From: Octopus sinensis
Lineage: Eukaryota
Length of the DNA: 64,000 nt
Direction of reading: 5' to 3'
NCBI RefSeq assembly: GCF_006345805.1
Contig: NC_043006.1
Coordinates: forward strand, 36,270,001-36,334,000
The notes beneath the pieces were generated by a model. The model did no database searches and was not told the DNA's origin. It saw only the letters and a program-made list of their open reading frames with translations. This document shows, in pieces, positions 38,117 to 51,700 of the stretch. Positions within the stretch are counted from its first letter, which is position 1, and each line of letters opens with the position of its first letter. The position numbers and the translations under genes are program-made.

Positions 38117-38289
38117 GTATGTATTTCATGCAATATAGTTGCATATCTAGACATTCTCGTGTGTGTAAAAATATAATTTATTCTAAAATAAATAAATTTT
38201 GCTGTCAGATATTTAAACTCTAATGAAAAGAAGTAAATATAAAAATTAAGAAACTTTATCAGTTTTCAATAATCACCATCATGGTTTTA

Positions 38290-38687
38290 CTGTAGGTTGT
38301 TCACCCTATTGGTGATGTGCTACGACTTATCTCAATGATTCATAATTTTGCTAGTGTGACCCAACATTCTCAAACCTGATCATACAGTTTCTTTCCACAT
38401 CTGCCACATTACTTTGCATCATAAACTCACTATGATTCTTCAATCAGCACATAACTTTCATTTATTTTTATACCACATGGTCATACCAGCATGACTGTCT
38501 CTGTATCCATCCATATTAGCTGATATCTCTTGACACTTAGCAATTTCCTCCAAGTGCCATGCACCCTTCTTTCTCGTGTAATAGTAAAGATAACCCATGT
38601 GCATATTTTGCAGTTATTATCACTGATAATATAACAGAATCTATCTATCTATATATGTATCTCTCTCACTCTCTATCAATCTATCTA

Positions 38688-38727
<40 letters not shown>

Positions 38728-39800
38728 TCTATTTAAGAATGCTTATCTATGTGCCACTAGCCTGCCAAATGAAAGTCTATAAGTGCAACATCAAATTAGA
38801 TTACAGCAGTTAGTCTTCCTCAAATCTCACCATGCCATCTTTAACAAAAAGGGTGGGGAGGTATTGGCTAATATACTCTTGGATACTACTAACATCATCA
38901 TTACCAACATTTTATATCAGTTTCCATACTTTAATGGAAAAGGTAAAATAAGGGTTGTCTCCAGTAAAGTGCAGTTCTCCAGACAGGGTTTTCTTCCATA
39001 CAAAATTGACAAAGGGTATTTTCCAGCACAATGTTTCACCATTTGTTACAGTCCTTTGCCATCTCTTTTGTGGGACCAGCTTCCTAAGATTCTTTCATCA
39101 CTTATTTTCAATTTTTCCTTAGTCTTCTTCTTTCACAGTTTTGTTCCTGTTGAGTCACTTAGCATATCTTTACTCAAATGTCATCCTTCATATTCAGCTC
39201 ATTCGAACTAGCTCAGTTTCTTTGTACTATGCTACACTCGATTTCTCTCATGCCTAGTTTTCCTTTCATCTCATTTGTTCTCTAATTTTCTTAGATCCAA
39301 TGGTGCATGCTCACCTCATATTCATTGCATATATTTTGTTTCTGTGCAACATGAAGCTTCATACACTGTACCTTTCATTTGAAGAGAGAATCCATTTGTT
39401 GCTAGCAGATGTAATAGCTCTGAATTTTTTTCTTTCTTCTTACTCTGACTTCTATGCTTTCAGAGCATCTTCCTCTACTGTTAATAAAGTTACCTTGGTA
39501 ATAGAAGCTATCGATTACTTCTAGGGAGTCTTCCAAGTATTCTAAAGAATTTATTTCATAGCTGCTCTTACTGTTAGAAATCCTGCAAACTTACAACATG
39601 AAAAGTCCTCTTCTTGCATCTCTTATGCACTTATAATTCACATTCGGTCCATCATATGAAATTCTTACCTACTTCTGTATACACTTGAATAATCTTGATT
39701 ACTCATGGCCTTACACAGATTTGTATAGAGGTAGATGTCCTAGGAGTAAGATTAATAGCAGTGCACAAGTCATGGCAAGGACTAGATTTGGAACATTGAG
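38290..39800 (-). mobile_element. Decayed RTE-clade LINE (RT C-terminal region) in the first intron
   Basis: Minus-strand remnants EDSLEVIDSFYY.G...GRCSESIEVR (~39430-39540) and a WY.HV-like segment (~38470-38500), as in RTE ORF2; many stops and frameshifts. Confidence 0.7.
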
Positions 39801-41946
39801 TCCAACACCAACCTTACTGTTCCCCATTTCATATAGATATGTTCTATGTGGATAGCTCCACAGTGTTTCAGTTCACATAACTGTTAGAAATATGTACCAG
39901 TTAACTTCTGAATGTTAAATTTAAAAATAGAATTGGCTTCCTATCCTGGGATCTGTGTCATTTATGTGTTATGCACTTAATACTTTGAAAACAGGACTGA
40001 ACTTAAAATATTTGTAATTCCGTAATCTAAGAAATATTTTTGTTGGGTAGCTTTTGACACTTTCTATCTAAAATGGGTTTTTAACCTAATACATGCTATT
40101 ACTTATAGCTTTATATACTTTGAGTTCTGTTGTCTAAAAAAAAAAAAAAGAAGTTATTTTCCATCTCTCAAAAGTTCAAAATTCTTATGATATAAGTTTT
40201 GTAGTTTAACTGAACCTGGGAGCTGGTTTTAACTGCTAGTCAATGTCAATTCAGTTTATTTCCATCTCTAAAGCATGACCACCACACAATCCTATCTCAG
40301 TCCTAGCCCTAACATAAAAAAGACGATCAATGACTTGTGCGTGTTAGAAACTATTGGTAATTTTGCTTGCCTGAAGGTTAAGAGCATAGGAATACACCTT
40401 TTTCTTTTAATGTGGACTAGTGTCATATTTGCTGGAAACTCTTAATGTTTTGACATTCAAACTTTTCCTCAAGGACATTAGTTATACAAGTGCAATGAAA
40501 GTGCAACCAGTACCTTCCTTTCTTTCTTCTCACATGCGAATAGTCATGCTTTCAGTTTAACTGATGTTGTGGAGTAACACTGTATGTGTGTGTGTGTGTT
40601 CATGCATTTTATTTTGTGGAGAAATGTATTTTGTTGTAAGCATCAAGTCAGTTTTGATTGAGCAGAATTCAGATCAAAAATGTCCCATCCATGAGTACCA
40701 CAGGGTATTTTATCCATTCATCCATTATGTATCCAGGAGAACATTATGCTTATCCAGTGTGTCCTTCCTTTTAAAGATAGAAGTGTGTAATTTTGGGGTT
40801 TTTTTTAGCAGCTCAGGCGTCCATATAGAAGCTCCCTTGTTGTGTCATGTTTTTTTTTCCTTGTTGATTGCCATAGCAACAAAGGAACTGGTTCCTAGCT
40901 GATGGAATTACTCCATGCATATGTGGTGGTGGCAGCAACAGTGGTGTGTGATGAAACTGGGAGATAATTAGGAGAAACTGAGAGATAATGAGGCTGACAA
41001 TCATCTTAAAGCAAGAAGCTGGTGGTGATGGTGTTGGTGTGGAGCTCAGGTTCATCATATTTATCTAACACCTAAAGTAATGGCTTATTCATACCATCAC
41101 CATCACCACTATTTACAACTGTTTATTTTCTCATAGCTATAGCAGTAGTAGTAGTAGCATTTATAATTGTAGTTGTTGTTGTTGATCCAGTTTACTGTAA
41201 TGAAGGTTGTAGGCACTAAAGGACTTTTAGCAGTAAATAAATAAAAGTCATCACCATCACCACAACCACTACATACCTTCCATCTGTCTTTCGCTATCCA
41301 CCTCTCCTCCATATCCTGAAATTGGAGAGGTAAAGAGACCAAATTCACTATAGCAGAAGGCGGTGGGAGTGGAATTCTGTACCCCATTACTTCTCAGATT
41401 AGTTCCTCTCTCACTCTCTTACCCATTTCCTTCTCTCTCACTCTTCTCTCCTTTTTTTCCTTCCCTCCATTCTACCTCTTCTTCTTTCATACCTTCCTTC
41501 AAACTTGCCTCTAAGACATATTTCTGATTAATAGATCCTTTACTTTGGTACTAAGTAATGTGGTAGTGTACTTTCCTGGTATAAACATGCACATACACAC
41601 ACACATACAGACATGCACTTGTTCTTGCACCCGCGTGCGCACACACACACACACACACATTTCCATACAGACAGATATATATATATATATATATAATATA
41701 TATATATATATATGCACATACACTTATACTCATGCATTCAGTCACATCTATAAGCAAATACCCACACTTATATATACAAACATAAATATTCTCATTCATT
41801 AAACCAAACCATGTACTTGCATTTACATATAGACTTAGGCACACACACACACACACCATACATGTAATAAGCAGCCTCTTATGTAACTGCTTGACCTGCT
41901 GGAAATAGCTACCAAATTTCCGTCAAATCACCCCTACCACTTAATG

Positions 41947-42242
41947 CAGTGGTTCCCAAAGTGGGCAGTACTGCCCTCTTGCAGGCAGTAGAAAGATCCA
42001 GGGGGCATTGAAGAAAAGTGGGATGATAATGGGGTGGCCAAAATGGGGTGATAGATGTAAAAAATAAAACAAAAAAAAAACGTTAATAGGTTAATTAGGT
42101 TTTAGTTTTATTTGTAAAATACAGTTGTTTTGAATTTGCTGCAGAAAGGGTCTATATTTATGGTGGGGAGGGTGAGCAGAGCACTAGGATTGTGGCCTGG
42201 GTGCCAAGGGGATGGCAACCTGAAAAAGTTTGGAAACTACTG
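41947..42242. mobile_element. hAT MITE with 8-bp TSD
   Basis: CAGTGGTTCCCAAAGTGGG ... AAAAAGTTTGGAAACTACTG; flanks ACTTAATG / ACTTAAAG; same family as 27320-27634, opposite orientation. Confidence 0.85.
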
Positions 42243-43570
42243 ACTTAAAGGGATAGAAGATTATGTTGGGTAAAGTGGTCCTCAAACATTTTACTTGAAT
42301 TATAAGACAGAATCAAAGCAGGATGGTCTCAATTGGAATGCATTTTAATCATAGGTCTGTTTGACCAAAGTTAACTTGTGACTAAAAAACACCACATTTA
42401 CATAATCTCTTCTTCACATACATAAACATATATTTAAGGTTTTATGTACAAATATTTTCTCCCTTTCATTCTCAGGCACACACAAAATATCATTTTACAG
42501 CAATCTTGTATATGCACAAGGTTTTATTCTCTTTCACTGTTGTTTAGTCCTAGTTCAAACCTGATCAAGCATAGGTGATCAAAAATATTCCAGCTCTGAC
42601 GATTGTCTTTCTTTCTGTGTGCAGAGAACCTAAGCTCACATTATCCAATGATGGTAAGGTCTAATTTAAAGGAGAAGTAGGTATTATTTCTAGCTGGCTG
42701 AAGTACCATGTAGGGGCTCCTTTGTTGGCTCCGACAAGTTGAGTATTGGGTCTAAATGGTGTGATGATAGTAATGGTATGACATGTATGCAGAAGTAATG
42801 ATAAGGCTAGTATTGCAGCATAAGCGATAATAATGATTATGGTAGATCAGTTTCATACCTGACTGTCTCTCTTGGCCTCATTAAGTCTCTCTCTCTCTCT
42901 CATATTTGTGTGTGTACATAGATAGATGGATAGTTGATTTAGACAATTTTCAGACAATATGTTCTCTGGTATTTGGTTACATCAGCCTTTTGCATTCTGA
43001 ATCTACTGCTTTTCTTCTTTCCAAGGTCAATAAAATAAGTAGGGTCAATGAAATTGACTATTCTTTGAAATTGGTATCCCAACAAGGCTGCCATGCTGAA
43101 TAAAATTCAGTGTATGTATGTGCGTGTAGTCTCAAATTACATGTAATATATATACATTACACACGCACACACATATATATGCATTATTGTTTTACCTTTT
43201 CCTTCCTCTTTTCTTGATTTCTTCTGACACCTTTTCTTTTTTTTCTCTTTACTATATTTAGATAGAGGTTTCAATACCTCTTCCCCTGTCTCTCATTTAT
43301 AGATTATTTCTAATTCTTGCCAAATCATCTTCAGATTATGTTCCTGGTATATAACACCGTAATATTTTACTCTTCTTGTAATTATCTTATTTTTATTCAT
43401 TTTTTTTCCTTCTGCTTCCTTTATTTACTTTTTGTTTCAGTCCTTTTCTTTATCGTTTTCTTTGTTAGCTTCTTCAACCTTCTTTTCCTCCTATATGCAC
43501 ATACACGCATGTTTGTGTATTATATACATACACACACACATGTATATAATGTGTGTGTGTGTGGTTTCAG

Positions 43571-43674
43571 GTTCCTCCAAATTAGACCACACCTCATCCC
43601 CTACTATCAGTTTCTCCTCTGAAGTAAAACAGTACTGTAAAGTGGCACCCCAAGTACTTTACCATTTGAAGTAT
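43571..43674 (+). CDS. Internal coding exon (SSKLDHTSSPTISFSSEVKQYCKVAPQVLYHLKY)
   Basis: tttcag|G acceptor, TAT|gtgagt donor (alternative AA|gtatgt at 43670); only the phase-1 frame is open. Confidence 0.7.
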
Positions 43675-43929
43675 GTGAGTGCATTAATTCCTAATGTGGC
43701 CCTATTGTATGTCTGTGCACCTCTTGGTATCTCCTCTCTTTACTTCTTGGTTGATGTAGTGTATTTGGAAAAAGAAATATACTTAATTCTACACACTCTA
43801 ATTCACTTGGCTCTCTGAAATAGGTACTAGACAATCTAGAAATGTTTTCTGAGGAAGATTTATCTATTTGCAAGAAATGAAGTGAAGTGATTAAGTATAT
43901 ATGAAATTGAACTGACTGCTATCTCATAG

Positions 43930-43972
43930 GATTTCAGTTCAAATTGTCACAGACATTTTGTTGTATATCCAG
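43930..43972 (+). CDS. Internal coding exon (DFSSNCHRHFVVYP)
   Basis: ctatctcatag|G acceptor, CAG|gtaggg donor; phase 0 to 1 links the 43674 and 47975 exons without a stop. Confidence 0.7.
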
Positions 43973-44189
43973 GTAGGGCATATAATTTTATGGTCCTCAG
44001 TTCACCCACCTGTGTAGAGATAGTAACTGGATTATCTGAGAATGGTAACTATAATAGTCAAGTGTCCTACCTATGTTATACTATAAAACTGGAGAAAAGC
44101 ACTGGTGCCTAAATGTCTCCCAACAGTATTCCTATCTGTAAAATAGCTCCTCGAATACTTTACCATTCCATGTACTCATCATCATTTAC

Positions 44190-44620
44190 TGTCAGCATTT
44201 CCATGCTTGCTTGGGTCAGATACTGTTAGTTAAAGCATATTTTCTATGGCCAGGTGCCCTTCTTGTTGCCAACCCTCACCTATTTCCAAGTAAAGCAATA
44301 TTTTCTTATTGATAGACATGATTGTCACAGAAGAACAAACAGCCTCACTTGTATGATGATGGTGCTTGTTTGCAACCATCTTGTGATGTCTAGACAAGGA
44401 TAGGCTCAAAGGATAGGCTCAAACGCACACACACTTATACACACACACACACACATACATAGGCATATATGATGGGTTTCTTTCAGTTTCCATCAATCAT
44501 ATCCACTCAAAAGGTTTTGGTTAGCCTGGGGCTATAATAGAAGATTGTTGCCCAAGGTGTCATGCAGAGGGATTGAACCTATGACCATATGGTTGGGAAG
44601 CAATCTTCTTAACCACTCAG
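44190..44620 (-). mobile_element. Composite SINE-like repeat (tRNA head plus RTE-like tail), reverse orientation
   Basis: GATGCCCTTC...GCCAACC-like segment and TTGCCCAAGGTGTCATGCAG...CTTCTTAACCAC head. Confidence 0.65.
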
Positions 44621-47605
44621 CACCTATTGTATGCCTTTAATCCTATATGGAAAAAATGGTTGAGGTTATAAAGCCAAAAGTGTAATTTGCGTATAAGTTG
44701 AATTTACAAAAAGTGATGGTTCAGTATTCTAGTTCTCTTCAGATACCACCTAAGGTGATTGTGTGGTGAGAGAGAGAGAGAGAGAGAGAGATGACAGCTC
44801 AGTCATAGATATATTTACAGTATTCTAAAGTTAGCCTGAGATGAGCATTATAAAAAAGGAACAACTAATCAAAGCTGAAATATTTTTTCTTCCCCCAATA
44901 AGATTGTGCAGCCTTGCTAGGATCTAGTTGTTCCAGATTGAAGTGTGTCTGCCACCGTTTTCTTTTCCTTCATATTTATTCTTTACAATGAAGAAGCCCG
45001 TTCTCTCTTTGTCGCTGTATCTTTTTGTCTCTCCTTTCTTTCTTGTTATCTTTCTGTCAGTTTTCCACCAAATCTCCTTCCTTGTCTTCATCTACCCTTA
45101 CTATTGTCTGTCTGTCTCCTCCATCATTGTTTGTCTTCCCTCCTCATCTCATTTTAACCTCAACTTCTGTCATTCCCGCCCCAAATCAAAATTACTATTT
45201 TTTTCAGTTACACAAAAGCTGTGTAATTGAATGAAAATTTCTTTCTTTTTTTTGTTTGTTATTAAATCCTTCCATAATTTCATTTTGCCATCTTTTTGCC
45301 TTTTCTGTCATCTTCATCTCTACTGCTACTGTATTATTATGACCAGTAATTCTCATCAGTTCAACTAACATCAGTCATTTCCTCCACCCTACTACAACTC
45401 TACACTAGTAATTTTTTTTCTTTTTTTACCATGCCACCATTTCTACTCCCACACCAGCATTACTTCTGTTAATTACCCTACCACCACACTTACCACTAAC
45501 TACCACTACTGGCTCACCCCATTACCCATTTTAATAATATTACCACCACCACTTGTGCTCTTCCATCTACCTCTTCTCTTGCAATCATATTTATTTCCGA
45601 TTTTTTTTTCTTCTTTTCTAACTGAAAGATAGTTTGATCTGAGAATGAACATTCCAAACAAATCTATTAATAAAAACAAAAAAAAATGTTTAGACATTTT
45701 GATGTCAAAGTCCTTTTGATGTGATCTCTCTCCCTTTCTCTCTCTACTTCACCTCCATCTTCTCATTTTCTCTCTCTCATACATACATTCATATTCTCAA
45801 TAACATATTTATAATAACTAGCTAGTAGTTAACGTTTTTCCCTTACTCATGCATAGCCACATCACTATTGCCATCTTCACTGCCATCACTACTATCATCA
45901 TAATAATTGTCATTACAAGTGTTGCAATTATCTGTCATCATTGTCATCATCTTTGTTTCTGCCATCATTTTCACCCAAGAAATAAGTTTCTGTGTAGTTG
46001 GTTACATAAGCTGCCCAATGTAACCATGAATATCTCTCAAGAAACCTTCATTTTTTTTTAAACATGTAGTGGTACATCTGTGTTGTTTACTTGGTTTCTT
46101 CAATTTAGCAACCAATTGTTTCGTTAGAAATAAAATTCTCCTTTAATTGCCTTTAACATGTTAACCACCACAGCCTGTTACTGGCTGTTGCATCAAGCTA
46201 AGCAATGAACCACCGGGTGATACATGTGGCAGTTAACATGTCAAAGTACTACAGAAGCAGAATGGCTGAATGACTATGGCCTTGGACAGCCTGATGGCCA
46301 GCCAAGTGAGTGTGAGCCAGTAAGGGATTCTTTATGAAACTGCTAGAAATAACAGTTAAACACCTTAATCATATTCTATTGTCTAAAAAGGAAAGATACA
46401 GTAAGGTGTACACACATGCACGCACACACACACGTCTGGAGTAACACTAGCTGTAATATTTAGTCTCAGAGAAATAAGCCATTAGTTTAGTTGTTAGATA
46501 AATATGATGAACCTGAGCGCCACACCAACACCATCACCACCAGCTTCTTGCTTTAAGATGATTGTCAGCCTCATTATCTCTCAGTTTCTCCTAATTATCT
46601 CCCAGTTTCATCACACACCAACTTGTGTATTTATAAATACAGGAAACAGCTTCTGGAAACAGCTCCGGCACAGAAGAGGTTGTTAAATTACTGTCTTTGT
46701 TATGCTGTTGACCAATGACAAAAAAGGCCAACTAACCATCACTTAGAATGGTCAGTGGGTTGCTAGACATTGTGTTTTGACCAAATTTGGCCTCCTCAAT
46801 GACAAAGACTACTTCTCTTTGAGAAGTTTCTCTGAGATTAAATACTGATTTCAAATTTGGGCACAAGGCCAGCAAGTTCAAGTGAGTGGGTGTCATCTTG
46901 TCTAGTATAATTTTGGCTGAAAATACTGGATAATACAACCATTTTTGTGTAACATCCTGAGAACTGCATGCAGTTGTGGTGGTGAAGATGGAGCTAGTGG
47001 TTGTACTGGTGGAGTGGCTGAGCTAGTAGCTGCAATTGTAATCCTATTTAAGTGGTGGTGGTGGCAGTAATAGCAATTGTAGTGCAGTGGTTGAAGTAGT
47101 GATAGTGGTTGTAGTGGCAGCTATGGTATTTATTTTGCAGTGTTGGTAGTGGTTATAGTGTTAACGGCTGTAGTGCAGTGTGTGTATGTAGGGGTGGGCG
47201 GTAATGATGATGATTGCAGTACAGTAGTAGTAACAGTGATTATGGTTAAGCAGTGCTGCTGCTGCTGCTGGTAGCTTTGGTGTTGGTGGTAGTGGCTATT
47301 GTAAAGGAACTAGATTGTTGAGGTGTGGTGGAGATGAAACTGTAAAATGAGAGAGAAGAGAGACAATTACAAAGCAGATATGGAACAAACCAAAGCCCTA
47401 ATATATTTGGATTATTTAATCTTGAAAAAGTCTTGGATTGATTTTCCAAGGAATTGTTAGATCTTCAGAATTTATTACTTGAATAATTCCTACCCACATA
47501 CACGTTCATGCATATCACCCATGCACGCACATTCACAATAAAATGTATAGCCATAGATTCATATATACTTGTACATTCTCATACAATCGTGATTAGTTTT
47601 AAACA

Positions 47606-47644
<39 letters not shown>

Positions 47645-47974
47645 ATGCATGCATGTGTGTAAAGATATGTGTGCAGTACATTTGTGTGATGCATATTCAT
47701 ACAAGCAGCCTCTCTCACTCCTCTTCTCTCCCTCTCTTTCTCTCTCCTCCCACTCTCTCACACACACACACTTTCGTGCCCAGTAACTGCCTGTTATACA
47801 TACATATACACACATATGTACAGTATAGGCATATATAATTATATACAATAAAGCTATATGTGTGTGCAGTTTGTATATAAAGTCCTGTTATCACTCACCA
47901 TATTGTGGTTCACCTGTCACACCCTCAGTACATTGTGGACTTTTCTAGTTAATATATGTAAATTTATATTGCAG

Positions 47975-48010
47975 ACTCCTCAGTATATCATGGGTTTCTG
48001 CAGCTGATAG
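47975..48010 (+). CDS. Internal 36-nt coding exon (SSVYHGFLQLI)
   Basis: atattgcag| acceptor, ATAG|gtattt donor; symmetric phase 1-1. Confidence 0.65.
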
Positions 48011-48369
48011 GTATTTATATTTTTAGATTTTAATTATTTCTTTGGTAAAATAAGCATTTTCATGCCTAAAAATTAATAGATTAATAAAAATATAGTGCAG
48101 TACTACACTGTATAACACATTAATTAAAATATATTAAAAGAAAATACATAGTGTACCAGAGATGAATAAACAAAGAATTGCACATACTGTTGGAAAATGA
48201 AACTTGGAAGGCAAGTGTGTAGTGTTGTTTTGCATTTATAATAAAATAAATATATACAAATTATAAAAATATACAGTGCTGTTTTTACTTTGTGGATTTT
48301 CACCTATCACGGGGAGTTTTGGAATGTAACACCCGCAATTGTCGAGGGATTACTGTAAATATATTTAAC

Positions 48370-48745
48370 ACTATCATCATCGTCGTTTTACATCCGTTTT
48401 CTGTGCTGGCATGGGTTGGACAGTCTGACTGAGGACTGGCAAGCCAGTAGGCTGCATCAGGCTCCAATTTGAAATGGCAAGGCTTCTACAGCTATCCAGC
48501 TGTTGAAACCTTCCCGGCCCTTCCTAAGGCCAACCATTCCGAGGGTGTAGTGGGTGCTTTTTACATGTCACTGGCACAGCAGCCAGTCAGGCGGCACTGG
48601 CATCAATCACATTTGGATAGTGCTTTTTATATGCCACTGGCACGGGAGCCAGTCAGGCGGCACTGGCATCAACCACATTTGGGTGGTGCTTTTTACATGA
48701 CACCGGCATGGGAGCCAGTGGGTGGGGGTGCACACTGGCAGTACT
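48370..48745 (-). mobile_element. RTE-related interspersed repeat with internal ~65-bp tandem units
   Basis: Three copies of GTGCTTTTTA.ATG.CAC.GGCA...AGCCAGT; a related copy lies at ~57130-57410. Confidence 0.7.
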
Positions 48746-51700
48746 TACTTTACCCTAATATTGTGCCCAGTAAATTGCAAGTTATACTAAATTTCTCAAG
48801 CTGAAATACACATACAGTCTGCTTATTATTGAGTACTATCTTTGTACTGACTATATACATCTAGTAACACATGCATGTCCAACACCATTCTTACAAGAGT
48901 GTTACTTATGCTCAGTACAGAAATGAACACTTCACTATTCTCCTGTCTGGTGTCTTTACCAGACAAGGAAAACAACTCTAAATAAACACACACATACACA
49001 CATACACGTGCACGCACACACACACACACACACTCTCTCTCTCTCTTGAGCAGCATCAGTAAAGAAAAGAACATCGTAAGGAAATGAGATGAGAACTTTG
49101 AAAATTGTTTATTAATCTTCCTTTTTCAATAGATTCAGTAGGAATACTTCATTCCACCTTCATCCCACCCCATTTGTGTCACATCCTTTCAGAGAGCTTT
49201 TTCATTTGGTAATTTGTTGTCATGGAAATCCCTGCCTTTCCAAGTAGCTAGTTAATTTTAAATTGGAAGATGGTTGCTAGTGGAAGGTGAAGGAGGAATA
49301 CATCCCACCATTGTTTAAGAACAAAACAAAAAAATTCAACCAAAACGAAACAATACCTCTTAACTTTTCCTTGGAATAATATTTTCCAAATTTGACAAAG
49401 ATCACGTAATGACCTTCACTGTATAGATATAAATGATTTGTATTCCATTTGTAAATCTAATCATCATCAAACATCTGCTTTCTCATGCTTGCATAGGGAT
49501 TGAACCTGGAGCCATATGGTTAGGAAGCAAGCTAAAAAAAAAAATCCATAGCCTCGTCTACACCCATCTAACACTAATAAATTGTTCTGAGCTTAAATCT
49601 TGCATTAGGTAACTTTGCCTTCTCATACCTGAAAGGTTTATAAAAATAATTACAGTAGAAACCAGAGAAAATTCCTTGCAATGTTTAGCCTTGCTCCTTT
49701 ATGTCTTCAGTTAAAAACCTTGGCAGGATAGTTTCCAACTTTCACTCTGAGGGTTGCTAAAATGAAATACCAGTCAAGTACCAGTTTCGTTCCAGTCACT
49801 TATACTCTTCTCACAAAATTTGTAATTTTGTGTCTATGCTATTAATCATTATTATTTATCGTTTTTCATTTTAGTGATTTATTGATAATGCCCTGGGCCT
49901 AGGCAACAAAACTCAGGTTATGATTTACTCTACCATTGTTAGAACTAAATATGTGTGTATGGACATTTGTTTGTGATAATATACTCTTATCAGTCTTATA
50001 TAATCAGTTTTTGATAGTGAATTTATATTATTGTATTCCATTATTTAATACCTTTTGACTGTTGCTGTTGAAAACTGGACTACAATCTACATTCTATTTG
50101 TATATGAGAGATATTAAAGTGATTTGATTAAATTGGAAATGGTAAGCTCTTGGCAAAACAATAAAATTTATAAATCATTTCTTAAAAGGATATATATGTA
50201 CAGCTATAGCTGTGTGGTTAAGAGGTTTCTTGCATAAACTCATAGTTCTGGGTTGGTTCTTGTTTTGTGACTCTTTTTCCTTGTAAGTAGTATTTAGTAG
50301 ATGGCACTCTCTCTCTCTCTCTCTCTCACAAGTGTATGATATTAGTGTTTCATTCATTCTTATATTTGTTTCTCTAGTGGGTTAGGCAAATAGATTATTG
50401 TAACATTGTTTACAGCAGGATGCCCTTTCAGTTGCTCACCCTTACCTGTTTTTATCAGTTGAGGAATACCTTATTCTACACGTCATTGAAGATATTAAGC
50501 CAGTAGATGACCCATTGACAGGAAAGTCACCAACGAATTTTCAAGTGCAAATATAAATGAATACACACATGCATGACAGGCTTCTTTCAGTTTTCATCTA
50601 CCAGATCTATTCTGAAGGCTTTGCAGCTCGGGGTATGGGGCTTAATAGATTTTTGCCCAAAGTGCCATGTAATTGGACTGAACTAAGAGCACATAGATGG
50701 AACTTTCTGAGCTTATCACACACACGTATACATGCATGCACACACACACACACACTAATTATTAAAGAATTAAAGATTTCAGATGATCAGACAAAGGAAG
50801 AAAAATTAAACACAACTAAAAGGAGAACAGAGAAGTGATATATATATATTTGTATTAACAAATAATCATTATTAGTTTATTTATTTTGATAATGTTATCA
50901 AGTTTTATTTTATGAGATTAAAAAGTAAATTTATGGGCCCTTAAACATATTTTTAAAAAATAGATTTAAATATCACAAAGCTTCAGTGTGGATTAAATAT
51001 GAATACGAATGTAAGCACATTCTATACTATTGATGTGCAGAAGAAAGAGGGAGGAAGTCTTCTGATGGTCTGTTTCACAGTTCGCTGACTACTCCTCAGA
51101 GAAGACATATTCAGTTCCCATCACAATCAGTAGCATAGATCACTTGCCCATAAAATAGTCTTGAATTAATCTAGCCCTGTGGTACTTACTTTCCTTAAGC
51201 CTTTCACTCTTATGGGGCATAGGCCATCGATGACTTATCTCTACTGTTTTCAACTCTGGGCTGTCTTTTTTCCTGGTGATCAGAAAGGGAGTCTGCCTTG
51301 TAGATTTTTTTCAGATTTTGTTGCCCTGAGGACCTTCCTCTCCCAGATCTGTTGGTTTTGATTTATTATTAAGGCTTCTGTAACATTTTTTTCTAGGTAG
51401 GGCTGTAGGCCCTGCACAATCCCATTTTTACCTCTGGGAAAAGTGGTCCATATCAGCGAGGCCTCTATCTTTCAACCAGTCCAACATTGGAGGCCCTACT
51501 TTCAACTTACACTCTGCTGGTATGGCTGTCAGAGTCACTGACTCACATAAGCCAGCTCACTACAACACAGATTAGATCTTGTGGCAGTAGCCCTATGGTG
51601 GCTAGCTCAATTTGCATAGTTGTACTTCTGACAACTCGTTATTATGTACAACATATTTATTTAAATACTACTGCACAATGGCTTAGATAAATATTTTTAG

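Larger units (their letters stand above)
40942..46620. repeat. 148-bp inverted repeat pair (40942-41089 and 46473-46620)
   Basis: Hand alignment gives 3 mismatches in 148 bp; also visible as near-identical ORF translations on opposite strands (MMNLS.TPTPSPPASCFKM...). Confidence 0.95.

Noticed and set aside
43640-43945. VLYHLKYDFSS and LLTVTCNY resemble short stretches of vertebrate INTS15 (C7orf26) as I recall it (VLYHLDIYFSS, LLEIMCNY)
   Set aside because: Recalled from memory, very short, and the spacing between the motifs is far longer here. No symbol assigned; a profile search would settle it.
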